In this document: positions 40,322 through 48,680 of the stretch, in pieces
Layout: every line of letters starts with the position of its first letter
Numbering within the stretch: the first letter of the stretch is position 1
Assembly: GCA_038523235.1 (NCBI GenBank)
Contig: JBCBJQ010000013.1
Location: forward strand, 1-64,000
DNA: 64,000 nt
Origin: Cyanobacteria bacterium J06626_4
GTDB taxonomy: Bacteria; Cyanobacteriota; Cyanobacteriia; Phormidesmidales; Phormidesmidaceae
Direction of reading: 5' to 3'
Notes under the pieces: generated by a model
What the model was told of the DNA's origin: nothing
Seen by the model: the letters and a program-made list of their open reading frames with translations, nothing else
Databases searched by the model: none
Made by a program: the position numbers and the translations under genes

Positions 40322-42706
40322 GTGGCGAAGTCAGACAAAAAGCGGTTGTTAGGGCTGCCGCGCCTGGGGGCCGGTAAGCGCAGCGGAAAACGCGGCAATA
40401 TCGCGCAGACGCTGCGGCAGCGGGAGCTGTCGCGGGTGAGCGGACGCTTCAGTTTCTTCCGGAGTCAGGCGCTCTACCGCATTTACTCAGTGGTGCCCGC
40501 GCGCTATCGCTGGCTGCTGCCGATGCTGCGCGACTCGCTGCCAGGCGTCGCAGAGGCTGAGGAAGCCGAGACGGATGCGGCGGCGATCGCGGCTGAGGCA
40601 CCGGCACTGGCCGCACCGCTGGTGGATACCTTGCCGCTGCCACCCCTTTCTCCAGGCACTAAACTGTTGGGCCAGCTCGGTAGTTATCGAGTCGAAGCCC
40701 AGATCAGCGTGCGGGGGCGCGGGCGCGTCTATCGAGGGTGGCGCATGGGCAGTGAGCAGCCCGTCAGCCTGCGAGAATATTTGCTGCCGCCCCAGCAGTT
40801 TAGTCAGGCCGAAATTCGTCAGCGGCAAGCCGGGTTTCGCGATCGCGGTGGCTTAGCGCTGGCCGACGGTCGACCTGAACGGTTTCGGTTAATTCAGCCG
40901 CAGGATGCGATTCCCGACCAGCAGGAACCCCGCTGCTATCTGGTCGGCTTTAGCGGCTTAGACCTGTTACCCTCCCTGCGGAGCCATTTAGAGCAGCAGC
41001 CTCACCCTTGGGGTGCGCCCCAAGTCTGGCGCTTTTTTAACCAGATTTTGCAAACGCTGGAGTCGCTGCATGGGCAAAAATATGTGGTGCCCGCCGGACA
41101 GGTGCGCCCCGGTCTCGTGCACGGTAATCTCAGCCTCGATAGCGTCTTAATCAATTGGCCAGACGACCCCGCCTTGGCAAGCGATCCGCAGTTTTTGATC
41201 TATCTGACTGACCTGCAGCTCTGGGAAAACCTGTTTACCCCGCCCCAAGACAGCTTGCCCTCAATGACCGTAGCCGATGATTTAACGGCGGTCGGGCAGA
41301 TTGGCTATCAATTACTGACCGGGGCCGCGATCGCTGAGACCGAGGGCCGCGATCCGCGTCAGCCCCAAGACTGGCCCGCTGCGGTGCAGCCCCAGCTGCG
41401 AGACTTTACCTATCGCCTGTTGGGGCTGCGGACGCCCTTTGCCAGTGCCGAAGCGGCGCGACGGGCGATTCCGCGCGATTGGCAATTGCTGACCGCAACA
41501 CCGATCGCCGATGAATCAACAGACTTAGAGGAAACATCCCGTACTCGTTGGTGGCGCTGGCTGGTTGCAGCGCTCCTTTTGGCGCTGTTGGGGGGCGCGT
41601 TGGGTTGGTGGTTGACTCGCCGCCGGTTGGCGATCGCCAGCCCCGACGGACTGCCCCAGCTCTGCTGTTTTGCTGAAGCGGTCGGGGTGCCACGGGGGCG
41701 CTTTACCTATGCCGGTGAGAATGACAGCCTGGGCGCTTACGTGCTGCGGCAGAAGAGTTTGGTTTTTCCGGAAATGACTGTGGAAGGGGCGATTGAGGCG
41801 GCCTATCCCGAGGTGGCTCTGACCTATCAACCGCTCGCGACCGATGAGGCGGCGATTGGCGCCGTGCTGGATGAAGAAGCGGATTTTGCTCTGTCAGCGC
41901 TGTTTGGCAGCAGCGCCGGGGCCGTGTTGCCGTTGCCGCCTACCGTGCAGTCAACCCCCGTGGCCCATGACGCGATCGCGATATTTGTCGCCTTTAGCTA
42001 TGCCGAGCGCGCGCGGGGCTTGCCGCAAGGGTTGCGGGGACAGCTGACTTTTGAGCAACTGCGGCAGCTTTATACCGGTCAAATTGTGAATTGGCGGACG
42101 CTAGGCGGGCCAGACTTGCCCGTGCAGCTGTATGTGCCGTCAGAACCCGACTTGGTGGCGATTTTTGAACGGCAGGTGCTGCAAGACCCCACCGCGATCG
42201 CCACCTTTCGCTCACTCTTAGAGTCGCCTGCCACGTTGACCGGTGAGGTTAGCTCAGATCGGCCCCCAGTAAAGGTGCTGCGCACCTTTGAGATTTTGCG
42301 CGGGGTGATTCAAGACTTTGAAGCCGAGGCGATCGGCAGCATCGGCTTTGGGCCGCTGAGTCAGGTCTTTGGTCAGTGTTCGGTCTATCCGCTGGCGCTG
42401 CAGGCCGAGGATGGTGAATTTGTGCAGGCGATCGCCGATGGGCAAACGGGACGAGCCATTGACCCCACCATCGACCTCTGCCAAGACAAGGGCAGTTATC
42501 GCCGCGACTACACTGCTATTTTGACCGGTCACTATCCCCTCGCCTATCCCCTAGAGGTGATTTTTCCCTACGACAATAGTCGGCCCCCGATGGGGCGCAA
42601 GGTGGCTGAAATCTTGCAGTCTCAAGAAAGTCAGCAGCTGTTAGAAAGGGCGGGCCTCGTCCCCATCGCAGAGCCGGAGCCCACGCCGCCCCGTCGCCAA
42701 AACTAG
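40322..42706 (+). CDS. CIS-associated pseudokinase - TM - PstS-like substrate-binding protein
   Basis: Kinase fold (RGRGRVYRG, VSLREY, VHGNLSLDSVL, TDLQLWE), TM WWRWLVAALLLALLGGALGWWL, PstS-like VAHDAIAIFV...LRQLYTGQIVNW; GTG start at 40322 is uncertain. Confidence 0.75.
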   Translation: MAKSDKKRLLGLPRLGAGKRSGKRGNIAQTLRQRELSRVSGRFSFFRSQALYRIYSVVPARYRWLLPMLRDSLPGVAEAEEAETDAAAIAAEAPALAAPLVDTLPLPPLSPGTKLLGQLGSYRVEAQISVRGRGRVYRGWRMGSEQPVSLREYLLPPQQFSQAEIRQRQAGFRDRGGLALADGRPERFRLIQPQDAIPDQQEPRCYLVGFSGLDLLPSLRSHLEQQPHPWGAPQVWRFFNQILQTLESLHGQKYVVPAGQVRPGLVHGNLSLDSVLINWPDDPALASDPQFLIYLTDLQLWENLFTPPQDSLPSMTVADDLTAVGQIGYQLLTGAAIAETEGRDPRQPQDWPAAVQPQLRDFTYRLLGLRTPFASAEAARRAIPRDWQLLTATPIADESTDLEETSRTRWWRWLVAALLLALLGGALGWWLTRRRLAIASPDGLPQLCCFAEAVGVPRGRFTYAGENDSLGAYVLRQKSLVFPEMTVEGAIEAAYPEVALTYQPLATDEAAIGAVLDEEADFALSALFGSSAGAVLPLPPTVQSTPVAHDAIAIFVAFSYAERARGLPQGLRGQLTFEQLRQLYTGQIVNWRTLGGPDLPVQLYVPSEPDLVAIFERQVLQDPTAIATFRSLLESPATLTGEVSSDRPPVKVLRTFEILRGVIQDFEAEAIGSIGFGPLSQVFGQCSVYPLALQAEDGEFVQAIADGQTGRAIDPTIDLCQDKGSYRRDYTAILTGHYPLAYPLEVIFPYDNSRPPMGRKVAEILQSQESQQLLERAGLVPIAEPEPTPPRRQN

Positions 42707-42776
42707 ACTTTGGTCGAATAGGTTTCCGGTCGGGGGTTGGCCACAATGGACGCAATCATCAGGGGAACTGAGGGAC

Positions 42777-43058
42777 ATGAATCGCTTTCCATTTCCGTGG
42801 GTGGGCGATCGCCACATTGCCCGGGGTGACTGCCGGTCGTCACCTTTGCCACCGGTTCGGGCGACCCGTGCCGCTGGGTATGCCGCCCCGGCTGGGGTGC
42901 AAATCTCGGCGCGATCGCGCCATCGTCTCGGTCGCACCGCCCGCCAGGTCAGACGCAATCCCCATTTGAGGCGGCGGCTGAGCGAGCGCCTCTATGCCCT
43001 CTGGCAAGTCGAGCAGCGGCTGCAGCGCGATCGCGATCGGCCCAACTTAGACCGATAG
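42777..43058 (+). CDS. Small CIS-associated hypothetical protein
   Basis: ATG with upstream GAGGGA; C-terminal helix RRLSERLYALWQVEQRLQRDR resembles the tail of the 1686-aa protein. Confidence 0.55.
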   Translation: MNRFPFPWVGDRHIARGDCRSSPLPPVRATRAAGYAAPAGVQISARSRHRLGRTARQVRRNPHLRRRLSERLYALWQVEQRLQRDRDRPNLDR

Positions 43059-43082
43059 TCAGGGTGGCAAGGTAGGTCAGCA

Positions 43083-43601
43083 GTGTCTTTTTCCGTCGAT
43101 CAACTCCAAAACTACGTTACCTCGCAGCGGTTTTACGTCTATATCGAAGGGGATAACGAACCCTCGGCCTGCTTTAGCGAATGCTCTGGCTTGTCGTATA
43201 AGGCTAAGGTCAAGCGCTTTTTTGAAGGAGGGGCCAACAACCGCGAGCGAATTTTGGTGGGCCAGCCCAAATTTAAGGAAATCAAGCTGAAGCGCGGCGT
43301 CAGCGACAACATGGTGTTTTGGGACTGGATTAACCAGGTCTGGAATCCTGACCCCACTCAGCCCGGCATTCGTCGCAATATCAGCGTAGTGGTCTTTAAC
43401 CCAGCGGGGGAAGGCATCCAGTGCTGGACGGTGATTGGCGCGTTTCCCACTAGTTGGAAGGCCCCCGCCCTGAAAGCGAAAGCAAAAAACTTAGCCATGG
43501 AGGAACTGCGGCTCGCCTTTGAAGGGTTAGAAGTCTCGACAACGGTCGTCTCAGGCGCAACGCAGCTGAGTGGTCGCGACGAGACGGGAGAATTTGGATG
43601 A
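43083..43601 (+). CDS. T4 gp19-like tail tube protein (Afp1/Afp5-like)
   Basis: RFYVYI...ACFSECSGL, EGGANN, IKLKRGV, FWDW, AFPTSWKAP, AMEELRLAFEG. Confidence 0.9.
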   Translation: MSFSVDQLQNYVTSQRFYVYIEGDNEPSACFSECSGLSYKAKVKRFFEGGANNRERILVGQPKFKEIKLKRGVSDNMVFWDWINQVWNPDPTQPGIRRNISVVVFNPAGEGIQCWTVIGAFPTSWKAPALKAKAKNLAMEELRLAFEGLEVSTTVVSGATQLSGRDETGEFG

Positions 43602-46600
43602 CGATCACCCCGATGACGGCGGGGTCAACGGCCTCACCCGATCGCCCCCTAGGCGCGAGTCAGCCGTTAGGCAAAACCGTGATTTCGCCCAAGCTCATTG
43701 CCCCGTTGGGAGCGCAATCACTCACGGTGCTGCAGCCGTTCCCCAATGCGCACTGGGCCGCCGCCGGTGACACCGCGCAGATGGTACCGCTACAAGCGCG
43801 ATCGCAGTCGCCAGCGACGGATAACACGTCATCCACCACCCCCAGCACAGAGGGCGCACCCGCGATACAAACCGCCGCCACCGAGCCAGCACCGAGCCCA
43901 TCAGATTCACCGACCTCAGGGCGATCGCCGGTCATTCAACCCGCGACGGCACCCACACCCACTTCGACATCTCCGGAAACACCTGCTGAAAACACCGCCG
44001 CCACCGCGCCCCCAGCTGCCGCCCCGTCAGTGCAGGCGCAAGCAGCCCCACCGGCCACGACCCCTACGTCAACGACCACACCGACGACTAAACCTTCAAT
44101 ACAGGCGCAACCGGCCCCCCCCTCCACACCTGCTGCTGAAACAACAACATCATCAGCTGCCGCGCCATTGCTACAGGCGCAAGCGGCGACACCCTCCACG
44201 TCATCGCCCCAAATACCTGAGGTACAACTTCAGCCGTCAGATTCTCTGCCACCAGCTGATGCCCCAGCGGCAGCGCGGCCGGCTGCACCATTAGCACCAG
44301 GGAACTCACCCAGTTCGCCTCAAATTCAAGCCAGCTCAGACCCAAAACCACCCACATCAGCACCGCAGCCAGCCCCGACGACCACATCCCCGGTGGTCCA
44401 AGCGCAATCAGAACCGAGTGCTTCACCACAACCGTCGTCCGCTTCACCCGTTTCACCATCGGCATCGCTAACCTCAGGGGATGTCCCCAATTCGCCCGCC
44501 GTTCAAGCCCGTCTAACCCCACAGCCACCGTCATCAGCACCAGAGCCAGCCCCGACGACGGCATCCCCTGTGGTGCAAGCGCAATCACAATCGTCACCCG
44601 CTTTACCGTCTGCACCGTTAGCGACTGAAAACTCACCCAATTCATCCACCGTTCAAGCTCGTTCAGCGCCGCCGCCACCGACATCAGCACCGGAACCATC
44701 CCTGAAGGCGATGCCAGCATCTCCTGTAGTCCAAGCTCAGTCAGGGAATGCCCCGCCACAATCGTCGTCTGCGCCTCCCCTTCCAGCGGCTGAATCAGCA
44801 ACTGGGTCGTCGCCGGTAGCGTCCGATCGCTCATCCAATCCAGCACCGATTCAAGCGCAAGCGATGCCGGAGCGATCGCCCAGCGTTAGTGCTGAACCCC
44901 CCTCAATACAGGCACAGCCAGCTCCGGCATTCCCCTCAAGGCCCGCAGCTGAAGCCTCCCACAGTTCGCCTCAAATCCAAGCTAGCTCAGCCGGATCGCC
45001 TCAGCCGGATTCCAGTTCCCCGACTTCGCCTACGGTTCAGGCAGCAACAGATGCTAGCTCGGCGGCAACCGGGCCGCGATCGCCTGACCCATCACCCACC
45101 ACGACGCCACCAGCTGCCCAGACAGCACCCACTGTGCAACGTCAGAGTGTTGATGTAGGACCCAGCGTGCAGCGATCGCCCTCAACGGGCCTAGACAGTT
45201 CACCTGCCGCTCCGCCTATCCAGAACGCTCATTCCCCTCAGCCGACAACAGCAGGAACCCCGGCATCCACTGTGGACGGGACCATTCAGCGGCAGAGTAG
45301 CCCGGCCTCAACCGGCTCGAACCTTAACAGCGGAGAGCCGCCAACGCCACCGAATGTCGGATCAACTCAACCGGACACCCTGCAGCGCTCCCCCGATTAC
45401 ACTGCAGCTACTTCAGCAGATGTCACCATTGCGCGATCGCCGTCGCCCGCTACCACTCCGGCCACGGACAGCCCAGCACCCGCGTCCGATGCGACGACAC
45501 CTAATGTGCAGCGGCAAGCTACGCCCGCCAGTAGCCCGGCAACAACCTCCCCGCAACCTGCCGCTAGTGCCGCTAGCTCCGCCAGTTCAGACTCACTGGA
45601 CGTGCAACGCCAGCACGACACAACGGGAGAGACGAGCGGATCAAATTTGCCTGGCACCAATGCACCGCCAACCGTCCAACCCGCAGCGACTACACCATCT
45701 GCAACAGTACAGCGATCGCCTGGGGATACCTCGGACCCGTCTGCCATTAGTACACCATCGGATGTCTCACAGCCGTCATCGGAAACCCCGTCCGCAGTGC
45801 CGCTACAGCGCCAATCGGCATCAGCCTCTGTAGAGCCAACGCTACCAACGGTGGGCAACACCACAGACACATCCGAGATTCAGCGATCGCCCACCGCTGC
45901 CGCACCGGCAACTGAAGGTGCGGTACAGCAGCAGACAGACTCTACAGTTCAGGCATCACCGACGGTTCAAGCATCACCGACGGTTCAAGCATCACCGACG
46001 GCTGTGGAGGGAGCCTCCTCGACATCAAGCAGTGAGGCTGATCGCCCGACCGTGCAGCGATCGCCCGCTTCACCGGCATCAGCACCAGTCTTTACAGGAC
46101 AGGGCGAGGTAGAGAGCGCCCCTACAACTGCTGACAGCCCAGCCATACAGCGACAACCGGTTCCGTCACCCACTACCGCTGAGCCCTCCACTGCAGGAAT
46201 CACGCCCAACGAATCGTCGCCTCTACAGCGATCACCCGATTCCGATAGCGCTATTACGTCACCCACAGCAGCCGGTGAAGTTTCCGTACAACGGCAAGCG
46301 GACTCATCGCCATCCACTCCGATCGCTCCCGCACAGCCAGCGGCAACATCGGCGACAGATGCGGTACAGCGGCAGGTAGCCCCAGGATCGCCAGAGGTGT
46401 TGTCTCCAACTACAAATGGGTCGGGCGATCGCCCGACCGTGCAGCGATCGCCGGATGGCGCAGCCGTCAGCGCCCCAGATTCGGCAACAGCAACGACTTC
46501 ACTACCCAATATCCAGGCAGCTCCGGCCATTCAGCCACAAGCGGATCCGCCGCTAGCCAGTGCTGATGCACCAGCCGCTCAAACTGGGAGCAGTGAATCG

Positions 46601-48658
46601 ATTTCGCTACAGCGATCGCTCGATCCCAGCGATCCGCCCTCAACGCCTGCGACTGTCGGTGAGGTCTCCATCCAGCGACAGTCAGCCCCACAACCGGCAC
46701 CCACAGCACCACCGATTCAGCTCGATACGCCAGCCGAGACGTCAGGCACATCCCCTAGTGTTGCTGCAAATCCGATAGTTCAAGCGCGGGCGATCGCGCC
46801 CACGGCCAATGCTGACAGTTCTGCTTCAACGGCGGCACCTGAGACGAGTACCCCCACCATTCAGCCCGCCACCAATCCGCAAGGATCAGCGGAATCCACA
46901 GAGGCGGCAATCGCCACCCCAGTCATCCAACAGCAGGCCACGCCTAACGCGACCACGATCCCTCCAACGGCGTCGCCTGCAGCCCCATTACCGGTGACAC
47001 CCGCAATTCAGCGATCGCCAGTTGATGAGTCCAGTACTCCGCCAACAGCGTCGCCTCCAGCCGTAACGCCTGCAGTTCCGACACTTCAACAGCAACCGGC
47101 CCTTCATTCATCAGACTCACCTGCTGACGCAATAGAGTCGCGATCCCTCCAAGCTGTTGACGCTAGCTCAACGTCTCCCACCGTGCAGCAGCAAACGACG
47201 GCAACGCCAGCGGCTCCCACCCCAGCGCATCCAGTCACGGAGCCGACAGATGCCGTCTTGCAGGCTTCATCTGACAGCCCCCCCAATTCCCCCACTCAAT
47301 CCGTCGCTGATGCACCGGATGCCATCGTGCAACCGCAAGTGGCCCCTTTCCCGGTGACGGGTGAGCAGTCGGCGGGGGTGCAGCGATCGCCCTCGCCATT
47401 CCTACCCGAGACGGCAGTGCCGCAGCCGCAGGCAGAGACGACACTAGAGCAGAGCCACCAGATTCAGCGATCATCCGATAGCAGCTCAACGACATGGGCT
47501 CAGCCCAGTCCTGATCGCTCATCAGACTCTCCTCAGGTCACTGCTGTTCCTGCAGTCACACCAGCCGTGCAACCGCAGACGGTACCGCCACCAGAGATTA
47601 CGGATCAGAGTGCTGCAGCCGTGCCTCTCCAGCGATCGCCAGACGCTACGGTGCCTGCCACTAATCCTGATGGGATTCCAGCGATCGCTGATTCAACACC
47701 AGTTCATACTCAAGGTGCGATCGGGCCAGGCAGCCAGCCGCGTGCATCAAGCCATCCGGCGGCAGCAAGCACCCCATCGAATGCCCCGACAGCCCCAGAG
47801 AGTTCAGCAACGCTACCGACGATTCAGGCCCGTGAAACCGCTGATGGGAACCTCGCGCCCGCCCCGGCGCCAGGGGTAAATCCAGTCATGCAGCGGGAGG
47901 CTCAGCCCACCCAGGCGACGCAGCCAGCGCCAGCGGTGCCTCAACAGTGGTCCACGGTGGCTCAGCTCATGGGCGAAGAAGCCCCCGCGTCGTCTCCTGT
48001 CCCTAACCCTGACTCGGTCAAGGTGCAGCGAGAGACTGCCATGGCCGAAGCCGAAGCGGACGAGGCAGCGGCTGATAGCGAAGAAGAGACCACGCTGTCA
48101 GCAGAGGAATGGCAAGAACAGCTGCGCCAAAGTTTGCAGGGAGCCTTGCCCGGCGATGACGAAGAAAGTCAACTGTTGGTTGAAAGCTTTTTGGCTAAAG
48201 CGGCGGGATTTGAGGAGGAATACAACGAGTTTTTTGCCAGTACGGTGGTTGAGCGGGTTGAGAACGACGAGGACTTTAACGAAAGTACCCAAGAACTGCA
48301 GACCGAAACGCCAGAATTTACGGAAGAGCAGTTTTTTGAATCGTTAGAGGAGGCGCTAGCGGCAGAAGACGAAGCTTTTCAAGCCGGGCTGGCAGAGAGT
48401 ATCCAGGAAGCTGATCAGGTGATTTTAGAAGCGCTCGCCCTGCGGCTAGAAGAGGCCGATGATGAGTTTTTAGAGGCATTGGCCGAGACCATTTTAGACG
48501 CGGATGTGGAGTTTCCGGAGGGGGAATATCTCACGCCAGAAGAAGCGGCCCAAGAGTTGGAACTGCTGGCGCGGGAGATGTATAGCCTCATGGGGCAAAA
48601 AATCGCCCACGATCGCGAACGACAAGGGGGGCGATATGCCGGGAGGTTGCCGTGGTGA
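43598..48658 (+). CDS. Giant (1686 aa) low-complexity CIS-associated protein with (V/I/L)Q(A/R) repeats and acidic helical C-terminus
   Basis: Uninterrupted 5-kb ORF with ATGA overlap to the tube gene; S/P/T/A/Q-rich; C-terminal LAREMYSLMGQKIAHDRERQG...GRLPW. Confidence 0.75.
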   Translation: MTITPMTAGSTASPDRPLGASQPLGKTVISPKLIAPLGAQSLTVLQPFPNAHWAAAGDTAQMVPLQARSQSPATDNTSSTTPSTEGAPAIQTAATEPAPSPSDSPTSGRSPVIQPATAPTPTSTSPETPAENTAATAPPAAAPSVQAQAAPPATTPTSTTTPTTKPSIQAQPAPPSTPAAETTTSSAAAPLLQAQAATPSTSSPQIPEVQLQPSDSLPPADAPAAARPAAPLAPGNSPSSPQIQASSDPKPPTSAPQPAPTTTSPVVQAQSEPSASPQPSSASPVSPSASLTSGDVPNSPAVQARLTPQPPSSAPEPAPTTASPVVQAQSQSSPALPSAPLATENSPNSSTVQARSAPPPPTSAPEPSLKAMPASPVVQAQSGNAPPQSSSAPPLPAAESATGSSPVASDRSSNPAPIQAQAMPERSPSVSAEPPSIQAQPAPAFPSRPAAEASHSSPQIQASSAGSPQPDSSSPTSPTVQAATDASSAATGPRSPDPSPTTTPPAAQTAPTVQRQSVDVGPSVQRSPSTGLDSSPAAPPIQNAHSPQPTTAGTPASTVDGTIQRQSSPASTGSNLNSGEPPTPPNVGSTQPDTLQRSPDYTAATSADVTIARSPSPATTPATDSPAPASDATTPNVQRQATPASSPATTSPQPAASAASSASSDSLDVQRQHDTTGETSGSNLPGTNAPPTVQPAATTPSATVQRSPGDTSDPSAISTPSDVSQPSSETPSAVPLQRQSASASVEPTLPTVGNTTDTSEIQRSPTAAAPATEGAVQQQTDSTVQASPTVQASPTVQASPTAVEGASSTSSSEADRPTVQRSPASPASAPVFTGQGEVESAPTTADSPAIQRQPVPSPTTAEPSTAGITPNESSPLQRSPDSDSAITSPTAAGEVSVQRQADSSPSTPIAPAQPAATSATDAVQRQVAPGSPEVLSPTTNGSGDRPTVQRSPDGAAVSAPDSATATTSLPNIQAAPAIQPQADPPLASADAPAAQTGSSESISLQRSLDPSDPPSTPATVGEVSIQRQSAPQPAPTAPPIQLDTPAETSGTSPSVAANPIVQARAIAPTANADSSASTAAPETSTPTIQPATNPQGSAESTEAAIATPVIQQQATPNATTIPPTASPAAPLPVTPAIQRSPVDESSTPPTASPPAVTPAVPTLQQQPALHSSDSPADAIESRSLQAVDASSTSPTVQQQTTATPAAPTPAHPVTEPTDAVLQASSDSPPNSPTQSVADAPDAIVQPQVAPFPVTGEQSAGVQRSPSPFLPETAVPQPQAETTLEQSHQIQRSSDSSSTTWAQPSPDRSSDSPQVTAVPAVTPAVQPQTVPPPEITDQSAAAVPLQRSPDATVPATNPDGIPAIADSTPVHTQGAIGPGSQPRASSHPAAASTPSNAPTAPESSATLPTIQARETADGNLAPAPAPGVNPVMQREAQPTQATQPAPAVPQQWSTVAQLMGEEAPASSPVPNPDSVKVQRETAMAEAEADEAAADSEEETTLSAEEWQEQLRQSLQGALPGDDEESQLLVESFLAKAAGFEEEYNEFFASTVVERVENDEDFNESTQELQTETPEFTEEQFFESLEEALAAEDEAFQAGLAESIQEADQVILEALALRLEEADDEFLEALAETILDADVEFPEGEYLTPEEAAQELELLAREMYSLMGQKIAHDRERQGGRYAGRLPW
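45944..45997 (+). repeat. 18-bp coding tandem repeat x3 (TVQASP)
   Basis: acagttcaggcatcaccg acggttcaagcatcaccg acggttcaagcatcaccg. Confidence 0.85.
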
Positions 48659-48680
48659 ACCGATGGGGGGAGGGCGCTAA

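Noticed and set aside
43660..48350. Numerous alternative-frame ORFs inside the giant gene
   Set aside because: Expected by-products of GC-rich, low-complexity coding sequence
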